Source of the DNA: Octopus vulgaris
Lineage: Eukaryota
DNA length: 64,000 nucleotides
Assembly: GCA_951406725.2 (NCBI GenBank)
Contig: OX597836.1
Location: 26,660,001 to 26,724,000, forward strand
Direction: 5' to 3'
Shown here in pieces: positions 1 through 12,310 of the stretch; the first letter of the stretch is position 1; each line of letters opens with the position of its first letter. The notes under the pieces are model-generated. The model was not told the DNA's origin and did not search any database. It was given only the letters and a program-made list of their open reading frames with translations. A program made the translations under genes and the position numbers.

Positions 1-149
1 AGAAGTTTTGGGTATTTGCACATTTTTTTTTTACCATGGATATTTAATATCAATAATAAATGAAAACTTTAGTCAAAGAACTTATAAGTCTTCTAATGTT
101 CAGCTTCACAGTTAAACGTAGGCCAGTAGGGAAAACAGAATGTACTTAC

Positions 150-264
150 CAGCAGGTTCAGCAGGGTAATTCTTGCTGTTGCTGGCAGCAGATTTTTCTT
201 TGATCTCTTCTTTGCCAGGCAAGGCCAACATAATTGGGCGCCGATTCCCAGTTTCTTCATTAAT
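150..264 (-). CDS. HUWE1: HUWE1 exon 39, end of WWE (INEETGNRRPIMLALPGKEEIKEK...PAEPA)
   Basis: NEETGNRRP motif; 115 nt, phase 0/1; donor G|GTAAGT. Confidence 0.95.
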
Positions 265-1476
265 CTGTTCATAAATTATTTTTTAAATGTACAATCATCA
301 TTATCTCAGTAATAGTTGAAAAAAGTTTGATTAAGTTTTAAAATTTTGAAAACTAGGTTATGGAAAATTCCATTGTATTTCTTGATTAAAAACTAAAAGC
401 TGAATTTTGATAATACTACAAACTACCCAAGAAGTTTTAAGTTAAAGAAAATATTTGGATTCTCCAAAATTAGAAGATCTCTGTGTAATCCAACCCTTTG
501 CCAAATGTAATGCTTATTTATTCACAGTTTTGAATTAATTGTGCATTATCTCATAGCTTCAAGATTTCAATGACGTGATTTATTTTTAAAATGACATTCC
601 AGGATAAGTGCAAGAGGCTGGATCTGGCCAATTTGAACATAAAAGAGGTATATTTGGGCTGGATATGGCCAGTCTAAATGCTAAAGGGTTAAGCAATTTT
701 GGCAATACTTTCTATTTATTGAATCCAAAGAGGAAGGACATACTTATGAAAAGCTATGTAGGGGAAAGAAAAGCTTGGTATAGTTAGGAGTGCTTTTGTG
801 ACAATATTTAGGGGTTCCAGAAAAGAACACAAGGAATTACAAAAATTGGTGGTGATAATCAGAATGGTTGGTATATCAGAGATGTCCTGAGTGCGGAAGA
901 ACAAGAAGATTTTCAAAATAAGGTTTTGCAAGTTCACCCACCAGCTTTCTGACCAACCAAGATATCTCAATATATTTACTGGATTTAATGTTTATTAATA
1001 TCATTAGGTTAGATGTATTGATGTAAACCCAACAAATAATGAAACAAAGAATTTGACTTCGCTAATTATATGCACTAAGAGAGATTCTAAATACTAATGG
1101 TAGTTTGACTACTAATTACTTTATATAGTTTTTAATTTTTATTTTTTACACAATTATATTTGCAGGCAAGCATGGTTCCAATAGTCCTAAACTTATTGCT
1201 GTGTTGTTTACAGATGCAGTTTCAACTCTCACACACAGCCTTTGATGTTTTCTATCCAAAGGATTTTTTAAACCCAGTTATAGCTTTATCTGCTTTGAGT
1301 TTCAGCATTCTGAGAATGAATTATTTTTAAGTATTATAGGTTTTTTAAAGCAATATTTCATCACAAACTTGGATTTTTTTTTTTTTTTTTTTTTTTTTGA
1401 GAATTTACAAAATCACAGGCAATATTGAAAAACAATTGTTAAAACAAGTAAGAAGATTGTCATTCAGATTACAAAC

Positions 1477-1528
1477 CTGGACCATGGTATTAAAATGAAC
1501 CGTGTACCTTCTTCTTCCAGCTTGAAAT
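1477..1528 (-). CDS. HUWE1: HUWE1 exon 38, WWE domain (FQAGRRRYTVHFNTMVQ)
   Basis: 52 nt, phase 2/0. Confidence 0.95.
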
Positions 1529-2011
1529 CTGAAAATTAAAAGGTTTTGATAAAATCCACTCAACCTGAGAGAAGGTTTAGAGAGAGCAAAGGGAAGAAGG
1601 GAATACAGATTACTAGGGGAGCAGGTGGATAAGATGAAATCAGCCAAGAACGTTTAAATGAGTAGTAAAGATTTATGGTTATTCAAAGAAAGGGTTTGCA
1701 AGTACTGTATTTTCTGGTATAGGAATTGAATTATTTAGGCCAAAATTTACAGTCAAAACAACAAAGAGGTTAGGTCAACTTATTTAGCCAGATGACTTTG
1801 GAGTACTAAAAATTCCTCGAGATACAGCAGGATTTAGAAAGATAGTGACAATGAATGTTTACTCTATATACTATGTCAACTTGCATGCCAGAAATTACGG
1901 TAAACCAAAGCACTTTGTGTATATCAAATGTTCTAGGTTTAATAAGGTAATCTAATTTAAATTCAATTCGTTAATGCCGACATATATCAAATAACATGGA
2001 GCGCAACCTAC

Positions 2012-2127
2012 TTTACACTAGATTCACCACGTCGATAGGCTACATCGATTGTTTTGTTGTTGCTCACACTGTAATTACACCAGCGCCCACTCCGGTCATC
2101 AAACCATTTCCAAGTGTGACAATTAGC
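2012..2127 (-). CDS. HUWE1: HUWE1 exon 37, WWE domain ([38 protein letters not shown])
   Basis: [14 protein letters not shown] WWE signature; 116 nt, phase 0/2. Confidence 0.96.
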
Positions 2128-2212
2128 CTGGAAAGAGAAAAAAAATACAGCCCATGATAAAAACAGGAAAAAGCCCAGGAAAAACAACTTATCTATATTT
2201 AAACATTTTTGT

Positions 2213-2216
<4 letters not shown>

Positions 2217-2263
<47 letters not shown>
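2217..2263. repeat. (TA)n microsatellite (others ~18353-18394, 33638-33667, 33708-33742, 33973-34020, 45171-45200, 55150-55190; AT-rich array 32513-32654)
   Basis: Direct inspection. Confidence 0.95.
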
Positions 2264-2268
<5 letters not shown>

Positions 2269-2344
2269 ATCTATCATATCCACAAAAAAAAAAAAAAACA
2301 CTCTAATGGTTAAAACTTTTAAAACAATAACTAAAATCCTTTAC

Positions 2345-2432
2345 CAATAAAATTTCAGCTTCGGTCTTGCGTTTGGATATCACAGCTACTTTTTCATATA
2401 GATCCAAAAGGAGAAGAAGAGGTGCCATCCAT
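2345..2432 (-). CDS. HUWE1: HUWE1 exon 36 (WMAPLLLLLDLYEKVAVISKRKTEAEILL)
   Basis: 88 nt, phase 2/0; KWxxPxLLLxDxYEK motif. Confidence 0.94.
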
Positions 2433-2650
2433 CTAGAAAAAGACAATCCATATATTTATAAGTTACTTGATTTTCTCACAATTACTATACTAATATTAAA
2501 ATACATCTGATTTATAATGTAAATCTTGAAGTTTTTCTTTAAAGAAGAAATAAATATGCCAAATGAGTACTAGAACCAGTTACAAAAGACATGAAGAGTT
2601 GAAAGAAAATGAAATCCTATTTAAAAGATGCTTTTAGGCAACATTTAGTT

Positions 2651-3053
2651 GAGATGCAGGAGTGGGTAGGTGGTAAGAAGTTTGCTTCCCAACCACATGG
2701 CTTCATGTTCAATTCCAGTGCATGATACCTTGAGCAGTTGTCTCCCACTAGAGCCCAAGACCTACAAAAGCCTTGTGAGTGGATCTGGGAAGATGGAAAC
2801 TAAAAGAAGCCTGTTACATAGGTGTGTTACTGTCACCTTGCTTTCACATCACTTGATAGTTGTGGGTGTCACCATCAAGCGAATGAGGCCCTTTGTCACC
2901 CAATATTTCTTTACAAAAATATTAGGGAAATAACACTTTACTTGAAAACGGGTGACAGTTGGTGACAGGAAGGGCATCTGACTAACCAATTCCTCTGAAC
3001 ACATTCCATACAACCCATGGAGAAGCGGACATTAAAATGACAATGATGGTGAT
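2651..3053 (+). mobile_element. SINE family A head with an RTE-type 3' tail (similar: ~14985-15430, 21106-21472 on +; 53135-53510 on -)
   Basis: Same head as 48572, but ends ggaagggcatc...ggacattaaaatgacaatgatggtgatg. Confidence 0.75.
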
Positions 3054-3111
3054 GTGTGCCAAAAACCAAAGTTATTTTGTAGAATTTTAAGAAGAAAAAA
3101 AAAATACTTAC

Positions 3112-3230
3112 TTGAGACTGATAGATTCTTTAGACTGAGCTAAGTATTCCTGAGTTCCTTCCAATACATCTACTAGCAGACATACAATATTGCTATCCTG
3201 AATTACTCTGGCTGTTGGGATCATCACCTC
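3112..3230 (-). CDS. HUWE1: HUWE1 exon 35 (EVMIPTARVIQDSNIVCLLVDVLE...SISL)
   Basis: 119 nt, phase 0/2. Confidence 0.92.
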
Positions 3231-3637
3231 CTGCAAGAAATAGTGTTATTTTCAAAGTATATCATAAATAAATAAATAAATATATAGGCACAAACCACAT
3301 GGTTCCAGATTCAGTCCTATGGCATGGCACCTCGGGCAAGTATCTTCAATAGCCTCAAGCTGACCAAAGCCTTGTGAGTGGATTTGGTAGACGGAAACAG
3401 AAAGAGGCCCGTCGTATATGTGTGTGCGTGTTTGTATATGTTTGTGTGTCTGTGTTTGTCCCCACCACCATAGCTTGACTATCAATGTTGGTGTGTTTAC
3501 GTCCCTGTATCTTACTGGTTTGGCACAGGAGACTGAATGCATAAGTACTAGGCTTACTAAGAATAAGTCCTGGGGTCAATTTGTTTGACTAAAGGTGGTG
3601 CTCAAATGACCGAAAAGAATAAAAGATATATATACAT

Positions 3638-3673
<36 letters not shown>

Positions 3674-3715
3674 GTACCTCAATTTTTGAACAACTCTGAT
3701 CACGAATAAATTGTG

Positions 3716-3748
<33 letters not shown>

Positions 3749-3905
3749 GCACGATTTATTCATGATCAGAAGCATTTGTAAACTGAATTTTTTTTGGTAC
3801 CCTTTCATGTACAGACAGAGGATGGTCATTTGAGCAATAGCCTAAAAGAACAGAAATCAACATGACAGGGGAAAAAGAAATACTGAAATAGTAGCAGATT
3901 TTTAC

Positions 3906-4046
3906 CTCACAAAGAAGGCTCAACAAATGAAGCCTGGCACCAAAAGCTGTAGTTTCTTGAGATTCTAAAACCAGCTTTACATCTTCACATTTCATGCTGT
4001 TAGCTGATCGGACATCCCGAGAAATTTTCTCACCAAGTTGGAAAAT
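3906..4046 (-). CDS. HUWE1: HUWE1 exon 34 (IFQLGEKISRDV...ARLHLLSLLCE)
   Basis: 141 nt, phase 0/0. Confidence 0.92.
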
Positions 4047-4580
4047 CTAAATTGAAAAAATTAAAAGGGATTTTTTTTTTAAAATCCTATTTTATACATA
4101 TAGCCTTAAAAACATGGTTATTTACTTTTTCTTTAAACAGGTTGGCTACATAGGTATGTAAGATGTGTTGCAACACCTGAAGCCAAATCTCTTACTGAAG
4201 GACAATAGAACTTCTGTGGATTCATCATCATCAAGCTTTGCACGAGTCTTGACACTCAAATGACTAGTCACCTGGCTTCCATGGCACACAAGTGACCGAG
4301 ATCATAAAACAACCCCCAGAACAGGATGCCAGTCTGTTGCAACAGGAAATTAAATGTTTTGCTCAAGAACACAATTCACCCCAATTCCCAGTTTGGGAAT
4401 TCAGACCAGGATCTTGCGAATGTGGGTTTTATTTTCAAAACAACATTGTAGGGTAAGTGTGCGAAGGATGAATTTAGCCAGTTTGAACATCAAACAAGGC
4501 TGAATATTTGGGCCAGGTACGGCTGGTTTAAATGCTGAAGGGGGTTAAACAAAATTACAGCAACAAAAGGATTAACTCAC

Positions 4581-4820
4581 CTCACTGGTCAAGGTTTGCA
4601 GCATCTTTTTCCTAAGTTCATCTCCAGCATACTGTGACACTACAAGGACAAGGTCACAAATCCTATACACTGTTTCTGGTAACTTGTCGAGCAGTGACAA
4701 ACATCCTGGTAATGCATTGGCAGAGAAATCTGCCAGTACAGAGGAATCTAAAGGATCTTCTGCTTGTTGGTTTTCATCTTCTGGCTCAGAGGATTTTTCT
4801 TCTCTTTTCTTACTTTCCTC
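4581..4820 (-). CDS. HUWE1: HUWE1 exon 33 (EESKKREEK...LPGCLSLLDKLPETVYRICDL...LTSE)
   Basis: 240 nt, phase 0/0. Confidence 0.94.
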
Positions 4821-5851
4821 CTATAAACAAAAAAAACTTTGCAAAATGAGTTCCTTTCCTTTGAATTGTTTGACGACGGGGCAACAACTAAGGAGATATT
4901 ACAATAACAAGTGTTATGTAATGAACCATATGTACATATAAGCACAAGAGTGGCTGTGAGGTAAGAAGCTTGCTTACCAACCACATGGTTCCGGGTTCAG
5001 TTCCACTACATGGCACCTTGGGCAAGTGTCTTCTACTATAGCCCCGGGCCGACCAAAGCCTTAAGTGGATTTGGTAGACAGAAACTGAAAGAAGCCCATC
5101 ATATATATTTATGCATGTATATCTGTGTGCAAAGTAATATGTGCAAGTGGCCTGGTGGTTCTCCATCAGTTACAATGACGAGAGTTCCAGTAGGCATGAT
5201 TAATCAAACAGCCTGCTTGTGAAATCAATGTGAAAGTGGCCGAGTGCTCCAGACATGGATAGCCTTAACATAGTTCTCAGGAAGATTCAGCATGCTACAG
5301 AATGTGACAAGGCTGGCCCTTTTGAATTACAGGTACAACTCATTTTTGCCAGCTGAGAAGACTGGAACGATGAGAAATAAAGCATCTTGCCCAAGGACAC
5401 AAGATGCAACTGGGAACTGAACTCGCGACCTCATGAGCATACTGAATACCCAAACCACTAAGCCATGCATCTTCACTGTACAACTGCTTCTATCAAATAA
5501 TATGCTGCTTTACATAATGACCATTTTGTATAATATAAAGATTCCAAGCCAATAGAACAATTTATATGAATGGCCTTCAACTTGATATTAATTACATGCT
5601 AATATCTGGTAATCAGATTCATGGCAGAAAAACAACTTACTGATCAGAGTTTTTATGATAAATGTGGAAATACTGATTTGTGCTAAATTTATTACCATCA
5701 TTATTCAATCTTAAAGGTTTATTTCACTCTTTTAGCTATCACATCTTCTGATCCAAGTTAGAGGGAAATTAATTCCTTGAATGGATTAAATTGTTAAACC
5801 TATAAATTTTAATTTATGTCTTCGTTGTAATGAATTAAAGGAATTAATTCT

Positions 5852-6080
5852 TTAACCCTTTCATTACCAACCCGGCCAAAACCGCCTCTGGCTCTGTAGT
5901 ACAACTGTCTTGTTTTCTTAAGTTTTGAATTAAAATCTTTCACCAAACCTTAGTCACAATTTATGTTACTAACACTAGCTTAATGGTAACTAAGTTATTT
6001 TTCTAAATTCATTGTTATATTTAAAATAATTGAAAGAAACACAGAGCATCTCAAAATAAATATGGTAATGAAAGGGTTAA
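5852..6080. mobile_element. piggyBac-type MITE, family 1
   Basis: TTAA-ccctttcattacca ... tggtaatgaaaggg-TTAA (perfect TIR plus TTAA TSD). Confidence 0.88.
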
Positions 6081-6217
6081 ATGCAGTTGAAGCTTGTCTG
6101 TAGGGTAAAAATAGACATTGTTCTGCTAATGTATGAAGACACTGTAAGTAAGAGACATGTGAATATCTTAAATCTTTTTAGTTACATCACAGAAGTAATT
6201 ACAAAACTTTACTTTAC

Positions 6218-6310
6218 CTGATCAGTTGACATAACAACATTTTCTCCTAAAGACATAGCAATTGCTCTGAGCATTTGATCTTCTTCAGACATTTCCATAT
6301 CTAAACTTTG
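6218..6310 (-). CDS. HUWE1: HUWE1 exon 32, UIM (QSLDMEMSEEDQMLRAIAMSLGENVVMSTDQ)
   Basis: SEEDQMxRAIAMSL UIM motif; 93 nt. Confidence 0.95.
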
Positions 6311-7203
6311 CTGAAAAACAAACAAAAAAAAACAATATTAAACCTATAACAAAGAATCACTGAATGATTTTTCAGTGTTATGGAAAAGGTTAAATATTCT
6401 GTTATAAGAGAATTAAATTTTCACTTATATTCCTTTAGGTTTTTTTTGTTTTTTTTTTAAATGTAAGAATGGGTTGAATGCTGCAGGCCTGATATCTGAA
6501 TATTGCTGAAGAAGGTAGCTTCTATCGTTGCCCAAACAGAAACACTTGTTACATTGAATGACAGAGCCACAAGGTGGTACTGTCGGCCACTATTATGTGA
6601 CAAGACAGAATGTCAATACTATATTTCCGATTACTACTATTTCTTATTTAAGTCTATCAACTTTTAATTTTCTTCTCCCAGTCAACAAGTCACACCTTTG
6701 GAGTTTATACGAATTCTGCTAGAAGGTAAGATTATCCTTTAGAGCCTTGCTGGCCAGACATGATGTGAACTAATAACCAATATCCATCAAACCATTGTCA
6801 GACATGTTGTGAGTTCAATCCCTACTAAATCTGAATCTGATCAACTTATCTGGGATTTTTTTTTTTTTTTTTTTAATACCAAACCCAGGTCAGCCTTGAT
6901 AGGATTTGAACCATACAGCTGAAAACTAAATTAGTTTCTTGTATTTATAACACTAGAGCACATTAGACCACCCAACATATCAAATGTCTCTCCAGAGTTA
7001 TGTAAATATTGAAAAACCAAGCTGCATTCAACATCTGTTAGTAATATGTTGATTTGTCTATATCAAAAACAATACCTGCAAAATACTGGTTCTCTATATC
7101 AAAACAACACTTCTACAATAATGTTTTGTCCACATCAACACTTACAAAATGGAAAGAATAAGAAAGAATTGTTACTTACATTAGATATAAGAGAACTACT
7201 TAC

Positions 7204-7320
7204 ACCAGCAGTCATTGACGGTGGCATGTTTGTAAGTATGTAATCGGTGGCCTGCTCTAAGGTCACAGTATGAAGTAATGACTCCATGGCATGTTCACGG
7301 CTGAAGCCCATATCTACCAG
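7204..7320 (-). CDS. HUWE1: HUWE1 exon 31, UBA domain ([16 protein letters not shown]...PPSMTAG); alternative in-frame end at 7180
   Basis: UBA MGF motif; 117 nt with donor GGT|GTAAGT, or 141 nt with AAT|GTAAGT. Confidence 0.9.
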
Positions 7321-7506
7321 CTGAGAGAGAAAAAAACAAGTGGTAAAAGACAAAAATAAATCAATCAAAACGAAGTATATATAATGACTTATTAAAATAA
7401 TTATGGTTACTGAACAAAGGAAAATAATGTTAAGAAAATTGCTCAAACAATTCTAAGTATATGCAAGTTTCTTTTTTCCTTAAAAATATAAATTTTTGAT
7501 TGCATT

Positions 7507-7808
7507 CATCATCATCATCATCATCATTTAGCGTCCGCTTTCCATGCTAGCATGGGTTGGACGGTTCAACTGGGGTCTGGGAACCAGAAGGCTGCACCAG
7601 GCCCAGTCTGATCTGGCAATGTTTCTACGGCTGGATGCCCTTCCTAACGCCAACCACTCCATGAGTGTAGTGGATCCTTTTTACGTGTCACCGGCACAGG
7701 TGCCAGACGGGGCTGGCAAACGGCCACGGACGGATGGTGCTTTTTACGTGCCACCGGCATGGGGGCCAGGCGAGGCTGGCAACGGCCACGGTCGGGTGGT
7801 GCTTTTTG
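7507..7808 (-). mobile_element. RTE-tail retroposon, family E (copies ~11905-12088, 18394-18622, 20305-20433, 47624-47912 on -; 27265-27428, 36287-36375, 51292-51357, 53910-54106 on +)
   Basis: (cat)n tail, tttccatgctagcatgggttggacgg and ctggatgcccttcctaacgccaaccact recur across many introns. Confidence 0.8.
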
Positions 7809-8906
7809 CAAACAGCAGTTTCATTACTTCAACAGCTTCAAATACTACCCCTCCCATATGGGCCAAGTGTAAAAACTGAAATGGCACCAGAGAGAGAGAG
7901 CGCTTTGTGAAAGCAATTTCAATGCGTTTTACTAAGACCTACAGATACATGGACATATCATCAGTGTTGTGTCATGGACTTTCTGGAGGTTTCAGAGTTT
8001 TCTAATATATAACCTCATTCAGGTGACCCAACCTGAGGGTGTGCCCAGATGGCATTCTAATGTCAACTCTTTTTAGCATGCTGTGCAAATTGTCTTTCTT
8101 TGCAAAGTATGTGCATGCCCATGCAAGTAACCATTACCCAAATCTCTTCAATTAAAAGGCTCCAATTTCAGCTTGAGTCCCTTGTGTGCACATACTTTTA
8201 CTTTCCTAGTTGTAAAACGTGCACAGAAGCACATGGCTTAATGGGTGCATGCACACAAGTGCATAGTAAGATAAAATTTGCACACAGCAAGATCAAAAAG
8301 GAACATTGGTCACAACCCTAAGTCTTCGAAATGATTCACACAGGGTTAAATAGCAGCAATTGATTCAAGTGAAGAACAATGGCCTACAAATCTTGTAAGA
8401 AATCACCCACCCCTACAAACTGCTCTTACTTAGCTTTGTAATTTGTATAAGAGCATCGTCTGAACCTTGATGGATGTTTCCAGTTCTCTCATCTCACAAA
8501 CTATAACCATTCTTGTTTGGCCTATCAAAAGAATTTCTACCAGCTGTTGAAGGGAAATGTTGCCAGCTCTGACCTCACTGGTCTTGGAGGGTCAGTGAAC
8601 GATGTGGTTACAGTTCTTTCCTCCACACCTAACCAAAAGTAATTAGATTACAAAGATAAACTACCTACTATATTTATTGAGCCACCTGAGCAGTGCAAAG
8701 ACTTCCTTTCAGAAGCACTCCTCATGCTAGACTTATACACGTTCAACATTTTTAGAGCCTGACCTGCTGGTAATCTGCCTGAGATTCCACTAACTGCCTA
8801 TTGCACACACAATACCAAATTCCTACCACATGAAATCAGCTGATATTCTGTCAGTTATTCCCAAAGCAAATCAACCTACAACAATAAACAAACAAACAAT
8901 ACAGAC

Positions 8907-9017
8907 CTGTTGTAAATGATTCTGATTAACTTCTGGTTCTTCCCTTCTTCCTTTGCCATCAACAGCGGAAGTAGAAGCAGCATTTTCAGTAGCTTCTTTT
9001 TCTTTTGCCAACTGCTC
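8907..9017 (-). CDS. HUWE1: HUWE1 exon 30 (EQLAKEKE...EPEVNQNHLQQ), start of UBA
   Basis: 111 nt; donor CAG|GTCTGT. Confidence 0.93.
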
Positions 9018-9607
9018 CTGGAGAAACAAAATGATTTCTTCAATATATACAGTCTTCCAACACAAAGGAAGAATTCAGATCCAAAATAAAAGCACCAATG
9101 TCTTTTAGAAATTCTTCTCTTCAAAGGAACAGTTGAAATACCATTTTAAATGTGCAAAAGGAATCAATTATTTCCAATTTAATATTTTGTGCTAAATGAT
9201 CTTGATTTTATGTAAATTATTCCAACTTTTAAATATTAACCATACAAGGAGTTCAATTGTCAAAACACACCCCTAACCAAATTCAATGTATGTGTGATCA
9301 CAAACACACATGCATGTATATACACAAGTTTCCCCAAAATGCATTTGACATGCCATAAATCAACCCTTTAACATTTACACTAGCTGTATCCAACCATATA
9401 TTCTACCATTTTATGTTCAAACCAGCCAGATCTAACCCATCACACCTACCCTACAATGTCATTCTAAAAATAATTACTTCAAAATCTTGAAGCTATCAGA
9501 TAATACAGGATTAATTCACAACAATGTGAATAAAGAAAGGTTGCATTTGACAAATTAATCTGAATACTAAAGGATTAAAGTCAAATAATTTTCTTTTAAA
9601 ACCTTAC

Positions 9608-9730
9608 CTTTATAATGCTTTCTCCTTTAATGATGTGGCACAAAATGGCCAACATAGATTCTGACATACGGCTGCCATAGGTTTTTAGGGGTTTTCTTCT
9701 CCAAAGATTCATCACAGCATTAAAAGCAGC
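9608..9730 (-). CDS. HUWE1: HUWE1 exon 29 ([41 protein letters not shown])
   Basis: 123 nt, phase 0/0. Confidence 0.95.
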
Positions 9731-9852
9731 CTAACGAATGGAAAATTAAAGCAAATTGAACATCAAGATTATCAGGTTTCCATTATCTGAAATTCGCACC
9801 TTTATTATTGTTAATAATTGTCAAAGATTAAATGAAAAGGGAAAATATCTAC

Positions 9853-10010
9853 CTTTTGTGTTGTTATCAAATACTGGACAGGACTGAATGGAACGAACCC
9901 TGGTTGGCTGGATTTGGCAGGAAGGACATGTGGGGATTCAGTAACAGTTTTAGGGTTCACCATCTTTTCAACCAGCATTAACCAAGCATCAAGAAATTCT
10001 CCAGTTCCTT
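9853..10010 (-). CDS. HUWE1: HUWE1 exon 28 ([19 protein letters not shown]...YLITTQK)
   Basis: [19 protein letters not shown] motif; 158 nt, phase 1/0. Confidence 0.96.
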
Positions 10011-10414
10011 CTGCACATAGAATTGAGATGAATAATTAAAGACTCATATCCCAAATGATTGGAGAATTTGGTAATATCTGAACACATTTGAAATAGCTTA
10101 TGGTACCAATAAAAGAACATTGTGCATCATCTGATATACAAATTTTAAATACAAAGAGCTTCAACAGAAAATTTCATTCAAATCTTTAATAATCTGACAT
10201 CTAGTTTGTACAAAGAAACTAACAAGTCTATCCATAAGTAAAGACTGGAAGTTTTATTAATAAAGCTAAATTAACAACTATGAATAGTGGGAGGTGGGGG
10301 GGAACCACCAGAATAGTTGCTTTCCAGATATTATTTAACAGCTCCCCACTTTTAGTCCAAATCTTGCCAAGATCAATGTGCGATTTCCCTCTCTGAGCTC
10401 AAAGTGTTAGGATA

Positions 10415-10579
10415 TACTGTATTTTAACACATATAAGGAACCCCTTTTTGTCAAAAATTAGGTTAAAAAAATATGGGAGTTTCTTATTACATGGATAATA
10501 TAATCCCTTACAAAACCTTTTTTTCCAAATTTTAAGCCCCCAAATTTAGGGGATTCCTTATACATGTTAAAATACAGTA
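10415..10579. mobile_element. Tc1/mariner/pogo-type MITE
   Basis: TA-ctgtattttaacacatataaggaacccc ... ggggattccttatacatgttaaaatacag-TA (~28-bp imperfect TIR, TA TSD). Confidence 0.8.
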
Positions 10580-10660
10580 ACTCCTGTCCATACATTTAGT
10601 TGCATTCTTACGTGCAATTAGCAACCAACTCAGATTATTTACAGATTTACTAATCATAAT

Positions 10661-10883
10661 AGTTGTCGGAGCACTGCATCCTTCAAAACTTCCATGCTTC
10701 CTGAGATTCGCCAACACTACACTTGATTTTCTCCCCTCCATACACACACAAGCATGTATCTGACTCATACATTGTTCGCTTTCCAGACATTTCTACATTA
10801 CTGCATGTACTTTATATGCACTTTCTGACAAGTTGTGGTGCACCTGAGCACTGTATACAATAATTTCATTATTATTTTTATTA
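10661..10883 (+). mobile_element. 5'-truncated CR1/L2-like LINE 3' end
   Basis: Encodes SCRSTASFKTSMLPEIRQHYT*, then a 3' UTR and an (ATT)n-type tail. Confidence 0.55.
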
Positions 10884-11505
10884 TGTAAGAGTAGGTTTCA
10901 ACTACTTCATCTCAGCATCTACGACAGGGAGATATAGATAAGGAGACCAACAGCTCTGATCTTCAACTCAACCTGCCCGAAAAGCCTTCAGACTTAATCT
11001 TCTGATTTTATACATTTATTTATATAAACAGTAGCTTTTAGCTTATGAAGTGGCTTCTTGTGATAAATTCTTTGGTATTTAAACATGTGCTCTGAATGAG
11101 TCAATCTCCTTTTCTAATCCGATGGCAAGTAATTAAGTCAAAATATTACATCAGAAATCTTTAATTCTAAAGGCAAGAGGATCTTCCAATGACCAAAATA
11201 AAGGTCAAAATGTGTTAATTGCAAAACATAAAAATAATTTTCAGTTATTGGATAATTGCAATAGCTTCCTGAAATCAACAGAACTAGCTACCAATTTTCA
11301 ATACAAAACTGAACGTGAATATGAAATGTAACAATTCTCATACGAGTTCTTGCAATGTGTAATAATATAATAATATTTTGTTTGTTTTATCAATAATTAA
11401 AACTGAATTTTATTTTAGAACAAAAACATACAACTAAAATTACTGGAATAAAAACTAATCCAGCAGCCATAAACAAACCCAATAATTCAAAAGAATACGG
11501 CTTAC

Positions 11506-11579
11506 CTGGAAGGTCTGGATGTTCAAGACCTTCAGAAGCAGGACACTTGCCTCTCATAGAAAGAGCCCAGTTGAAAGAA
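11506..11579 (-). CDS. HUWE1: HUWE1 exon 27 ([24 protein letters not shown])
   Basis: 74 nt, phase 2/1. Confidence 0.95.
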
Positions 11580-12310
11580 CTGAAAAATAGTTCAAGAGAA
11601 AACAATCTTATAATGAGACTGACAGGAGATATTTATAATTAATAAATTAATTATGCACACCACTACAAACCACCACACTACATAAAAGTCATGTTTTCAA
11701 CCAGTGATCACAGGATCAATAGAAATAAACTAGTTCCTTTAGTGTTACAACAGTTATATATAGCTATTACAACAGCTTCACTTGGAATCAACTGAACAAT
11801 TTTATGTTAAAGAAAAGTTATATCAGGTCAATTCTCTCAGTTTTGCTAATCTTAGATGGAAATTATTCATTACCAGAATAATGGCACTGCATTTTAATCT
11901 TTTGTCATCATCATCGTTTAAAGTCCGCTTTCCATGCTAGCATGGGTTGGACGTATTGACTGAGAACTGGCAAGCCTCAGTCGATCTGATCTGGCAAGGT
12001 TTCTACAGCTGGATGCCCTTCCTAATGCCAACTGCTCCATGAGTGTAGTGGGTGCTTTCTACATGCTGCTGGCACAGGTGCCAGTCATTAGTATTTTTCT
12101 TTTATTGCTAATTATGTCATTGGGAATAGCAAGAATGTCACATATTCCCACATCTCTTAAAGTCAAAGAAATCAAAGCAACTGCCTATCACATTTTCAAA
12201 AACTCATCTAATTAAAACAATTCATAAATACAGTTTCTTAAATTTTAAGATTAAATTAATTTTAGAAGGGAAGACTATATAAAAAAAAAAATTTTTTTAA
12301 TCGTACTTAC

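Noticed and set aside
6501-6560. CTGAAGA...GAAAC...TTA hammerhead-like spacing
   Set aside because: Helix I does not pair and stem II is out of register with the GAAA box
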